Below are positions 34,797-45,140 of a stretch of 64,000 nucleotides of DNA, in pieces (position 1 is the stretch's first letter; each line of letters opens with the position of its first letter). Source of the stretch: Vicugna vicugna (lineage: Eukaryota); NCBI GenBank assembly GCA_013265495.1, contig MU057887.1:2141576-2205575 (forward strand), written 5' to 3'. A program made the position numbers and the translations under genes. A model generated the notes under the pieces. It ran no database searches. It was not told the origin of the DNA and saw only the letters and a program-made list of their open reading frames with translations.

Positions 34797-37124
34797 GGTA
34801 TGGGGCGCTCCTGGCTTCGGTGGGCTCCCCACCCCAGGGCAGCCGCAGGAGGACCCTGGATGGTTTGGCTGTGTGACCCCTGGGTCAGCATGAAAGCTGA
34901 AACCTGATGCTTCTGAAATGAAATGGAGACCGACTTGAGCCCGACTGCACGCTCAGAAACTCTGCAAGCTGCTTCATCACCGAATTACTCCACCTCTAAT
35001 CGCACACCGCGTCACAAACAGGCTCCTGGACGCTGGCCATCGGGGAAGCTCGTGTAATTTCACCGTCTGATGAAGATGATGTCTCGATGGGCTTTGCAGT
35101 CAGCTTTACTGAACATACGTTGGTGCTAAGTTTCTTTGAATATCACGTTTTCAGGTGCTTTCAGGGGCTGCTCCCACTGCAAGGCTCAGATCTGAATGTA
35201 AGCGGCGGAGACCCACTCCCAGGACGCCAGACGCGCTCTGGCGCCCCAGCTGAGTCCCTTTAGCTCCCTCGGGGCAGTGTTCTCACCGGGAAACATCAGC
35301 AAATAACTGGCTGTCTTGTGAGCTTGATTCAAAGTCATATATACCTGCAGCTCCTGGGTGCAGAAAAGTGGGGGGTTACTGTGCAATCTTCCCGTCCGGG
35401 GAGAAGCCATGTGCCATATCCTTGACATCGGTGCAAAAACACTGCGGTGCCATGGTGACAAATCAATGCTTTGTGGACAGAGACTTCCACACCCTAAAAT
35501 CATTTCCTTCTGGGTCCTGGCACAAGAAAAATTACTTTGCGGGGAGACCTTAAAGGCTATTCAAAACCATATCAATGTGAGAATAATCTTTGGGGATAAT
35601 ATTTGCATGGGTCCTCATTATACGAGTAAAACCTACATTTAAGCCAACTTACCTACCGAGGTGTTTCCCTCCCGCTCGCCGCAGAAGAAGAAGGAGCCTC
35701 AGGGGAAGGGGGAATGCATCCGACTGGACCCTCCCTCGCTGGCCGTGTTTCACAGCAAGGGGCCCGCGATGAGCTTGCAAACGGAGGAGGGGGGAGGTCG
35801 GGGCAGAGCTGGCAGGTCCTCAGGGTCAGAACAGGGAGGGCCCCCTCTTAGGGGCATGGGGAGCCCACGCAGCTGTGTGTCTGGGCACCGGGGCCCTCCT
35901 GGCCGTGCTTTGGAGGGTCCTGCGGCTGGGACGTGTGGAGGAGGGAGGTGAAGCCACCTGAAGGGTGAAGAAGGTGATGCAACCGAGCGGAAAGCGTGAG
36001 AGCGGATACGCGGTGAAGGGAAGCGCTGCTTCAGAACTTCATTCGCGCACGCGCACACGCACGGGTGCCGTCTGCGGGCCCAGCGACCGCCGCGGGACGT
36101 GAGGCGCGCTTCCTGCGCGACGTCGGGCGGCGCGTGGGTGACTGCTCTGAACTTCGGCTGCTCTTGGCCAAATGCAAGGCCACGAGAGCCCGGTGTGCAC
36201 ACGTCCTCCTGCCTGGAGTGGCCGCCAGCCTTTCTTCCCAGCGCTCCCTCGTGCGTCCGCCTTATCCCTTCGGTGCACACTGGAATTCTGTTCATCTGTC
36301 GCCTCTTCAGCCGGGCTGTGGCTCGGGGACTGGGTTTCTCCTTCTGCTCCAGGTGCCCACTGAACGGAGCTGATGAGGGTCAACTGGGCCCTTCCCCAGC
36401 GGTTCTGTCCTTCGGTCTTCACATCATCACCTTACAGTCCTAGGTGAGAAAGGTGAGAAAAGAGCAGGCGACACTTTGTGGGTGGAGGAGGCAAGGGCAA
36501 GATCCAATAGGTAACGGAGAGAGGAGGCTTTCCGATGTAAGACCCGTAACTCGTGGCTGCCTGGTGGTTACCGCCGTGGCAGAAGTGGCCGCTCTGCCCC
36601 AGGGCGTCTCAGCCTTGGCGTGGGGACGCTGGGCCTGGCAAATCTCCCTGTGGGGCTGTCCTGGGCGCTGTGGCTTCTCCAGCAGCAACCCTGGCCTCCA
36701 CCCACCAGACGCTCACAGCGCCCCTCCCTGGGGCAAGGTGTCCCCGCCGGATGTGCCCCAGCGGCTCTCTGACGGGGACCGCTGCTCTGTGACAAGAATT
36801 TTGCAGAGCTGTCACTCACAGAAATATACCTGCTGTAAGGAGCACTTTCGAAAGTTTCACTAGACTGCAGGCAAAGGCGTTTCTCTCGCCCCGTTCTCCA
36901 GTTCTCTTCCAGAAGGCAGCTCGGCTTCCTGCTTGCAGCCACAGGGGCGGTTTACGCCCACAGACACTCAGGGACACACAGCCACTGCATCTCTCTCTCC
37001 GCTGAAACAGAGCGTCTCGGTGTCTTTTCTCATGTGAAGGTTTGTCTTGGGGATTTTTTCCTATCAGGGCACACAGAGAGGGACAAACTCATGGCAAACA
37101 AGTATTCGTAACAACTGTGGGATT

Positions 37125-37262
37125 AAGAGTTTAACCACCAACCTATAATGGAAAAGCTTATGAAAGCGAATGTCCGTACGTGTATGTATGACTGGAACAC
37201 TGAGACTTCCTGCTGATCCCCAGAAACTGACACACTGCGACTGAGTAGCCTTCAACAAAAAA
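37125..37262 (+). mobile_element. Short L1 3' end, camelid-like
   Basis: AACCTATAATGGAAAAGCTTATGAAAGCGAATGTCCGTACGTGTATGTATGACTGGAACACTG...CCAGAAACTGACACACTGCGACTGAGTAGCCTTCAACAAAAAA. Resembles the recalled alpaca/camel L1 3' terminus with a short A-tail. Confidence 0.6.
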
Positions 37263-37499
37263 GGAGGAAAAGAGTGTGACCTACCCCAAGTGGAGTGAAG
37301 TGTACTCGGAAGACTCTTCGGCGTCCTCGGAGCGCGGTGTAAGCTTTGCCCTCCTGGTAAAGTGCTGCGAAGGGTTACGTACGTGACGCTCTCCATGCGC
37401 AGGCACCGCTGGGTTCCCGGTGAGGTTTTCCTCCTGCTCCTGGGCTCTGTTTCTCCGTCTCCGACAGCGTTCCCCTGTATTTTGCACTCAGGTTCCCTT

Positions 37500-38560
37500 C
37501 TCAAGTGAGATTGGTGTCTTCCTTCTTGAGTTTTATTTGTAAAGTTTCTGTTTCACTGCAATTCACCTTCACAAAGATAATCTGGAATCTGGCTTCCCTT
37601 CTGCTCCCTCTGTTACACGTTAAGCAGCACCTCAACGCCCTGCTTTAAAGAGCAGACGGGGTTCGTTCTTGAAGCTGCCTGGCCCTGGGGCCTCTGCGGG
37701 CAGCTTCTTTATGCCCTGAAGTCTTTCTGCTTGTATTGTCAATATTAAATATTACCTGTGGATTCCAACAGTACGGAAGTGAAACACGCTCTTTTTTTTC
37801 TTTTTCTTCTTGCCTCTTTCTCTCCTCCCTCCCCTCGTCTAGATGCTATTACTTCTCTGCTGTCATGTTGGATCGTATTTGCTTTCCATTATGTGGTCAT
37901 AATTCCTACCCTTACTTTTGTCTTAAAACTGTAATGAAACAGAGTCACTTCTCACATCAGCCCTTTTGCAGTGGTTTCTCTCCTTTCTCGACAGAATTGT
38001 CTTCCTTGAATCCCTGAATCGTCAAAAATATTTGTCTCTAGCTCAGATATCTGATTGAAAGTCTAGTTGAGGAAACAAAAACCTATGTAGATTTTGTCGG
38101 CATGGTTTCTTTATCTCCTATAACGGAATCTTTTTTTTTGGAGGCTGGTTAGAATTGTTTTTCCTTACAAGCGCCTTGATACGCTCTCCTGCGCGTTCCG
38201 CGGGCTCTCTGTGATGGCTGGCCTCCGTGGTGGCACCACCGGGCTTGCCCTAAGGATCCCTTTCCTCCTGTGTGTGGTGAGGCTTTGCTCCTCACAGTCA
38301 AACTCTTTTATTTTGTAAAACTCTTCCTGTGTCCCTTTTGTTAGGTTCTGTTGACTGGGGGCACCCATGATGCTCCCGCCAGGTCTTGCTTTAATCTTCA
38401 TGTTTGTTATTTCCTCGTTAGTCATCTCGCGTTCTTTGCTCGGTTCGGTTTTATCCATTTTGTTCCCTTGGTGGTGTCCTGGGTGCCTTCCTCCGGGAGT
38501 GTCTGTGTGCTGAGAAAGCCCTGCTTCCATGGCAGCGTCTGTCTGGTGACGGACACAACT
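37500..38560 (-). mobile_element. Highly decayed antisense L1 remnants
   Basis: T-rich strand with L1 ORF1/inter-ORF-like phrases (TCACCTTCACAAAGATAAT; AAAAATATTTGTCTC). Limits uncertain. Confidence 0.45.
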
Positions 38561-39242
38561 TTTCCCTTGGACCTTCCTCTCCGAGGCGGCCCAGCGGCGC
38601 CGTGTGCACTTCCCCGCGCTCGGCCCCCGGGGCGGCCGGAGTCTGCAGCCCGGGGCCGCGCTCCGCCGGCCTCACCCAGAGGGGCCGCTGGACCCATGGT
38701 GCTGGGCTGGCGAACGGTGCGCTCCCGGCCCAGCCGCCCTCTGCCCTGAGCTCTCCGTCCGTCCGTCCGTCTTTCCGCAGGGCTCCGGCCGGCGACCCTC
38801 CGCTCGGATGCCTTTGTGATGACGGGTCGTACCTGCACAGGCGGGGACGCCTGCAGGGCCGCCCGCCCGCTCTGCCTTGCCTGGGGCGCTCCTGGGCTTG
38901 GCACAGAAAGCTCCATGTTCCAGGACGGGCTCGGTCCTCGGCAAACTGGAAAGGTCGGTCGGCCTGGTGATGGATAAACTGTTCTTGGACGGAGACTCTG
39001 TAGGGAGAGGCTGGGATAGGTTCAGGTTCAGGGGAAAGCACTTCCTGTGTAAGGCTGTCTGGTCACGTGAGACCTGGGGCCGGGGAGTAAGGGGGCGCCT
39101 GCCCTTCCTTAGAGCTCCTCCCGCGTCGAAGCCCCATTTCCCATCTGCTTGTTCCTCTTCTAACTCCTCCTCTTCAGCTGGTGAACTTTCTCTCTCTCTC
39201 TCTTTTTTTTTGGTGAGAAAACTAGTTTAAAATCAAAAAAAC

Positions 39243-39711
39243 CTGAAGTACAGTTGATTTATAGTGCTGTGCCAGTTTCAGACGCACAGCAAAGCGACTC
39301 AGTTACACAATCCATTCATGTGTACGGACGCGTTTCTTTTCAGATTCTTTCCACTCTAGGTTATGACAAGGAACTGAATACGGTTCCCTGTGCTCTGCGG
39401 TAGGTCCCTGGTGTTTATTTATTTTGTATGCAGCAGGGTGTGTATGTGAATCCCACACTCCTGACTTCTCCCTCCCCACTTTCTTTCCCCTTTGGTAACC
39501 ATAGTTTGTTTTCTACATCTGTGAGTCTATTTCTGGTTTGCAAATAAGTTCATTTGTACCATTTTTTTTAAAGTTCCACATATAAGTGACATCATATGAT
39601 ATTTGTCTTTCTCTGTCTGACTCACTTCACTTAATATGATAACCTCTAGGTCCTAGGTCCATCCGTGTCATTGCAAATGGCATTATTTCATTCTTCTTTT
39701 ATGACTGAATA

Positions 39712-39750
<39 letters not shown>

Positions 39751-39990
39751 ACATCTTCTTTATCCAGTCATCTGTCGATGGACATTTAGATTGCTTTAGT
39801 GACTTGGCTACTGTAAATAGTGTTGCTGTGTACATTGGGGTGTGTGTATTTTTTTGAGTTAGAATTTTTCTCCAGATACATGCCCAAGAGTGGAATTACT
39901 GGGTCATATGGTAAGTCTATTTTCCGTTTTTTAAGGAACCTCCATACTGTCCTCCTTAATGGCTGCACCAATTTACATTCCCACCAACAG
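39243..39990 (-). mobile_element. Relatively young cetartiodactyl-type L1 3' end
   Basis: TGAAGTACAGTTGATTTATAG...TTCCCCTTTGGTAACCATAG...TTCCACATATAAGTGACATCATATGATATTTGTCTTTCTCTGTCTGAC. Minus ORF 39786-39971 ([31 protein letters not shown]) is the L1 ORF2 C-terminus. Confidence 0.92.
39715..39748. repeat. (GT)17 microsatellite
   Basis: Directly visible inside the L1. Confidence 0.95.
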
Positions 39991-40859
39991 GAAAATTAAA
40001 TTCTATAACATCGGTCTTCCTTCCTGAATTAACAGCATCTATATTTTTTGTACTTAAAATATGCCAGTTCTTATGACTCCAAGAGACATTTTTCTGAAGA
40101 TTTTGATATTTACTATGGTTTAAAAATTTTTTCTAATGTAGCTATAAAAAATCCTCACTTCTCCCCAGGGAACTGGCTGCCTCAGATTGAACACAAGGGA
40201 AGGCCAGCCAAAGGAGCGTGTCGGCCCATTTGGGAATCTTGGTTTGAGGTCTCTAAATTTCCCTCTTGTTCAAGCTTTTTAAAACCGAAGTGGGAAAGAC
40301 TTCACGATTGTGCTGGAGAAACCTCCCTTTCTCCGGGCCTCCCAGATCGCACAGAACCAAGCAGCCTCACACGGAAAGTGCTTTCCCATGAGCCAGCAAG
40401 GAGGGGTCAGGAAAAAGGTGGCCTGAGTGAAGGGGGAGGAGGTGGGCGTGCACCCTCAGGAGCCCGGCGGCCGCCTTGTGGGACAAGGCCACGGCGGAGG
40501 CGGTGATCCTGCAGATGGCGGCAGTGAGGATGGCGACTCTGGCGCTGAGGGTGTTGATGGCGACAGGGGTCCAATCCTAACCCTAACTTGTACCCTTGAG
40601 TTGTACGTGTCTCCTCGGTGGAAGCCTTCACAGTGTGCAAAGTGTTTCTGAGACGTCAACAGCGGCGTGATGAAAGGCCTTCATTTGCGGCCCGATAAAG
40701 GTACCGACTCAAGAAAGCCACCTCCTACAGAAGTCTGACGTCCGGCCAGGAAAAGGCTGCAGGGGAGGCCAGACCTCCGCAAAGGCGACATGCTGTAAGC
40801 AGCCCTCCCGTTCGCTGCAGGGCACGGAAAGGCTCTGTGTCATCTTCGGATGTCCTAAC

Positions 40860-41030
40860 GTGGCTTAATTATAGGAGGGATTAACCTGCAGCTGGAATCC
40901 CACCTCACTGCTAATGAGCAGGCAGCCATGAACCATCCTTTATAAATCAATATGCAAGGAATTACATATGATTGCCTGGCTGAGTTTGGCTCCGTGGCTA
41001 ATGAAACCATAAAACATGATTGATTAGAGG
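40860..41030. promoter_or_regulatory. Candidate developmental enhancer (PBX/HOX/homeodomain cluster)
   Basis: AT-rich island with TTAATTA 40865, GGATTA 40878, ATAAATCA (=TGATTTAT) 40942-40949, CCATAAAA 41007-41014 and TGATTGAT 41017-41024. Confidence 0.4.
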
Positions 41031-41529
41031 GATGTCTGCAAAAGCTTCATTAGTTTGTTTCCTTCTGTCGCCACCCATGGAGATGAAGGATCTGAGAAGC
41101 ACCACCCACATGACGCATTGTCTCAGGACCTTTGCTCTGGAGCCCTTCACCTCCAAGGTCCTACAGCACAGATCCGGGGGTCATCTCTGGTGTCCCCAGA
41201 GTGGCCCCCATCACGGATGAACAGGGCTTCTAAAACTTGTGTGTCTGAAAGCGTGTGAGATTTTGGAAGGAATGGCGATGGGGGCCTCACACTCAGGAAC
41301 TCTGTAGAAGGTTTAGGGTGCAGCTGTATGAAAAAATACCCACTGTCTGCTGCAGGCAATCAGGAGAAAGCCGAGGACAGTTCTGCCAGTGTCGGCCCAG
41401 GAATTCATGGGCAACAGAATCCAAGGCCACTTCAAGTACTGTTTATTGAGTCTTCATCTTGGACCAGAAATGATGCCGTAAGAGAGTCCTTCTTGACAGC
41501 AGCCCTTGTAAGCCTATAATTCTAGCGTG

Positions 41530-41640
41530 AGCCCCATTTTCCAGGGAGGAAACTGCAGCTCAGAAAGATGAATTAACTCGCCTGAGCCGCCCTGTTCTTA
41601 AATGGCAGAGCCAGGATCTGAGTCTGGCCAGGCTGGTCCT
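41530..41640 (-). mobile_element. MIR SINE fragment
   Basis: CCCCATTTTCCAGGGAGGAAACTGCAGCTCAGAAAG...AACTCGCCTGAG...AAATGGCAGAGCCAGGAT. Confidence 0.7.
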
Positions 41641-42478
41641 GACGCGGGTGCGCACCGCGCCGACGTGCGGCGTTCCCGGCTGCGCCGGAGCGGGAGCAGG
41701 GCCCGTGGGAGCTGTGTGTGCAGAGGGCCGGCTGCAGGCGGCCGGTGCGGTCGCATGGCGCCCGTCCTGACCCTCCCCGGCCCCGCCGCTGCAGGGCCCT
41801 CGGTGCGGACGGGCGGAGGAGCGCTGACCCGGAGACGCGGAGTGCTAACACCATGACGGAGAACCTCAGACGGCTGCCGCCCGGCGCCCACAGGCAGCGG
41901 GAGGCATCGCAGCTTCCGCGTCGCCGTCCCGCTGCCTGCGGGAAGCAGCATCGGGAGACCGAGACCGTGGTGGTGAAAGCAGAGTGTCTGAGAGCCAGGG
42001 AGGCAACGCTGGGACGGAGGCCAGTCAACCCCGGGCTGGTGGAGCAAGTGTGGGGGTTCAGCTCCCTCGCAGAACAAGCAGCGTCCACAGGGCAAAAATA
42101 AATGTGCAGATGAAGTAGAAGACACAGAAAAGACAGAAGAAACACAGGCATAATTATAAAAGGAAAGCCAGATGGGAACGTATGTGCTGGCCAAGCACTG
42201 CCCTTCCTGCGTGCGTAAGGCCGGGGACGTTCAAGGTCAAGGCTGTCTGACCAGCAGCAAGACGTGCCCTTACGGATTGTAACCCAGCTCACGCCGGGAC
42301 GGCGGCAGCGCCGCTCGCCCGCCGCTCCCAGCGCGTGAGCCTGGCACCGGTGCGTTTCCAGGCGGGGATCCTGGGATGGAGCAGATTTAGTCTGCGAGGC
42401 CGTACTCAGGAGGGACGTGCGGGCCGCGTCCAGGGTAGCCCTCTCCGATGGCTGGTCACACGTGTAACCTGATACTGT

Positions 42479-42687
42479 GATCCTTTCTGCGTCCTCCTCC
42501 CACTCTGAAGGGCTTTAATGTAATCATATCGTATAATGATAGTGAACTTATAATAATATAATAATGATGATATGATTCTTTCTGACTTTCCCTCCCATTC
42601 AAAAAGGCTTTAATATAATAATAATAAATATATAATAATAATATAACGATTCTTTCTGAGTCCCCGCCCCCTTCCAGAAGGCTTTCC
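42479..42687. repeat. Three-copy degenerate tandem repeat with AT-rich linkers
   Basis: GAT(C/T)CTTTCTG...CCC...AGGCTTT units at 42479, 42574 and 42648, separated by (TAA)-rich tracts. Confidence 0.8.
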
Positions 42688-44279
42688 TCTTCAAGCATCT
42701 GTGCGGGCACAATCCTCTTGTTGCCACAGCGAGGGCCCGTCCCCCTGGTTGGACGTTTCCATCCGTGACGAATGAGGGACTGTCTTCTGGTTCAGCGCCA
42801 GCCCTCTGACTGCCCGCTTTATGCAAACGTTGATGGCGCTGCAGCCGTGTGTCTGGCTGACGATTCTTAGTTTATGACCCATTTTAACTGTGTTGTTATG
42901 ATTGGTTTCTGGGAGTTGGGAGAACTGCTGGGTTTTAAGTCAGGAAATCAGATGTTTTTCAGGCCTCGGAAGGGTGGGGGTCTGGAGCTCAGGAGGGGAA
43001 GCCGTCCGCCAACAGCACCCTGGGGGGCGCCCGGGTCACAGCGGGCCACGCTGTGGGACAAGGGCCTCCAGTGCCCAGACCGAGGCCCCAGAAGCTCGCC
43101 CTGAATGTGCTGCAGATTTGAGGTTGCCGTCCCTGCACACCTGTCTCCACCAGGGAACCGTGGCGTCTGTGTCTTCCCAAACCTGACCTGAGGGTCTCCC
43201 CCCGGCAGACTCGTGGGGCTCCCAGCGTGCACAGGAGGGGACCGTGGGAGTGGGGTGGGGGCTCGGTGACAGAAACAGCGGGCACAGGCGGGAACCCCTT
43301 GCCTTTGCACTGAGGAAGCGGGAACCAGGGAGTCACTGCTTGGTTTCCTAAGATGTCCCAAGGGTTGAAACCACTGCGCATCTGTGTGAAGGCACAGAAG
43401 GCTGCAAACACACGTGTTCGCTGATTACTCATCACAACACTCGTCCCACTTGAGAAAAATCAAACCTGGCGTCGTCGGTGGTCATAACTCACGATGGTGT
43501 CCCGGGCCCTCACCGCCGTCCTCGTCGCCGAGGCCACACCACCGCCACCCACTCTGCTCCGTGTCGCCTGGGTGCTTTGCCCTGAGTCTCGAGGAGCCAC
43601 TGGTTGTGATGGTCGTACCGATTGTTTTTACTGGGACGCCCACCCCCCAGCTGCTCCTCTGTGCTGGTGAACTGCCCTCCGCTTACAGCAGCCGCCTCCC
43701 AGGAAGCAGGCTGTGAGGAGGAAATTCTGGCTGTGCATCGCTCTCCAGTGGGCTGGCAGCGAGGATCCAGCACTGGGGAGGTGAAGCGCCGTTAGGCCCT
43801 GGCACGTGGGGCCTGCCAGCTGCAGGTCGTTCACCTGTGTGAACAGGGATCCGAGGCAGGTGGAAGGATTCGCACCGACTCCTGTGACAACTCTGCCTAC
43901 CTCGGGGCCTGGATGGGGAGGCACGGGGCTCTAGGACCCAATGGGAATCCAGGAAATGGAGTTAAGCACCTTGCTCCCCTGAGCCCTTGAGTCTGCAGAA
44001 GTGGCTCGCCTCCCTCTGTGGGAGACAGAGCAGAGTCCCACGGGGGTCTCAGCTCAGCACTGCCTTACACGGAGGGGCACCAGGCAAAATACAGGATGCC
44101 AGGGACACCTGAGGCCCCAGTAAGCAATGGTACCTACTTAGTGTGAATGAGTCCCGTCGTCAAATGGTAGCATCTGTCCAGTCAGGGCTGGGGGAATAAG
44201 CAGTCTGCTCCAGGACGCTCGCAGCTCTTCCCGCTGCTGCTTCCACCACAGTCTGCTGTCATGGCCATCCCAGAAGCTC

Positions 44280-45140
44280 TGTTTGAGGCAAGTGGTCCTT
44301 TAAAAAATATGTAAAAATCAGTTCATTGTGGTAGGGAGCATGCATCTGATTACCTTGGAAGGTATTTCTTGTGTGTTTTCTTTGGTAATTCTTACTTTTC
44401 CTTGTGTGAACTACCAGATCATCCTCCTGATTCATGGTATAACTTGCATTATTATTTTATTTTCTTGTTGGTTTTTAAAAGCACTTTATATATTGAGGAC
44501 ATTAACTGTCATATTATTATGACATCTTATTTTTGCTGTTTTTTCCACCTAATTGTGTTTATACTAATTTTGTAGCAATTTTTAAAATCTTCACACAGTT
44601 TAGCACATCAACTCTCTCTATAAATTTATTTGCTTTTTTTTTTCTCTTAAAGATCTGGCCTACTTTACTCTGAGATGAGACACAAGGTATCCTATGTGTT
44701 ATTTTAAGTTTCATGATTTTAGTTTTTCCTGTTAAGCTTTTTAAACCATCTAAGTTTATCCTGGAGCATGCTATGAGGTGGAGGTTGGACTTTGTTGATA
44801 CCGGAATGGTCACATATCACGTTTTCTTGGACACTTATCAAATCAGCCATCTCCATCCCTTGAGAGTCTGCATTTCCTGAGATCTACTTCTGGAGATTTT
44901 CCCCTCCTTTCTATGTCTGCCTCTGTCTCACCGCCATCTTGCTTTCCTTGTTTTAAATAATAATACAATAACATATTTGATGTGAAAAATCTTTTTCATT
45001 AGTTTCCTTTTTTTTTGCAATATTTATTGGCCATTCGTAGCAATTACTTTTTCTGAGTAAATGTGAGAATCTTCCAGTCCAGCTGTAGAAGTGTTCTGAT
45101 GAGACTGTGACGAGGAGTGCCTCAGATGCACACGTGAACT
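44280..45140 (-). mobile_element. Old L1 (L1ME-type) antisense fragment
   Basis: AT-rich block in a GC-rich context with L1 antisense phrases (GCACTTTATATATTGAGGACATTAAC; CCATCTAAGTTTATCCTGG). Confidence 0.6.

Noticed and set aside
40576..40588. CCTAACCCTAAC telomere-like repeat
   Set aside because: Only two units, so within chance expectation.
42479..42687. CRISPR-like repeat/spacer appearance
   Set aside because: The units are divergent, the spacers are low-complexity TAA, there are no cas genes, and the context is mammalian.
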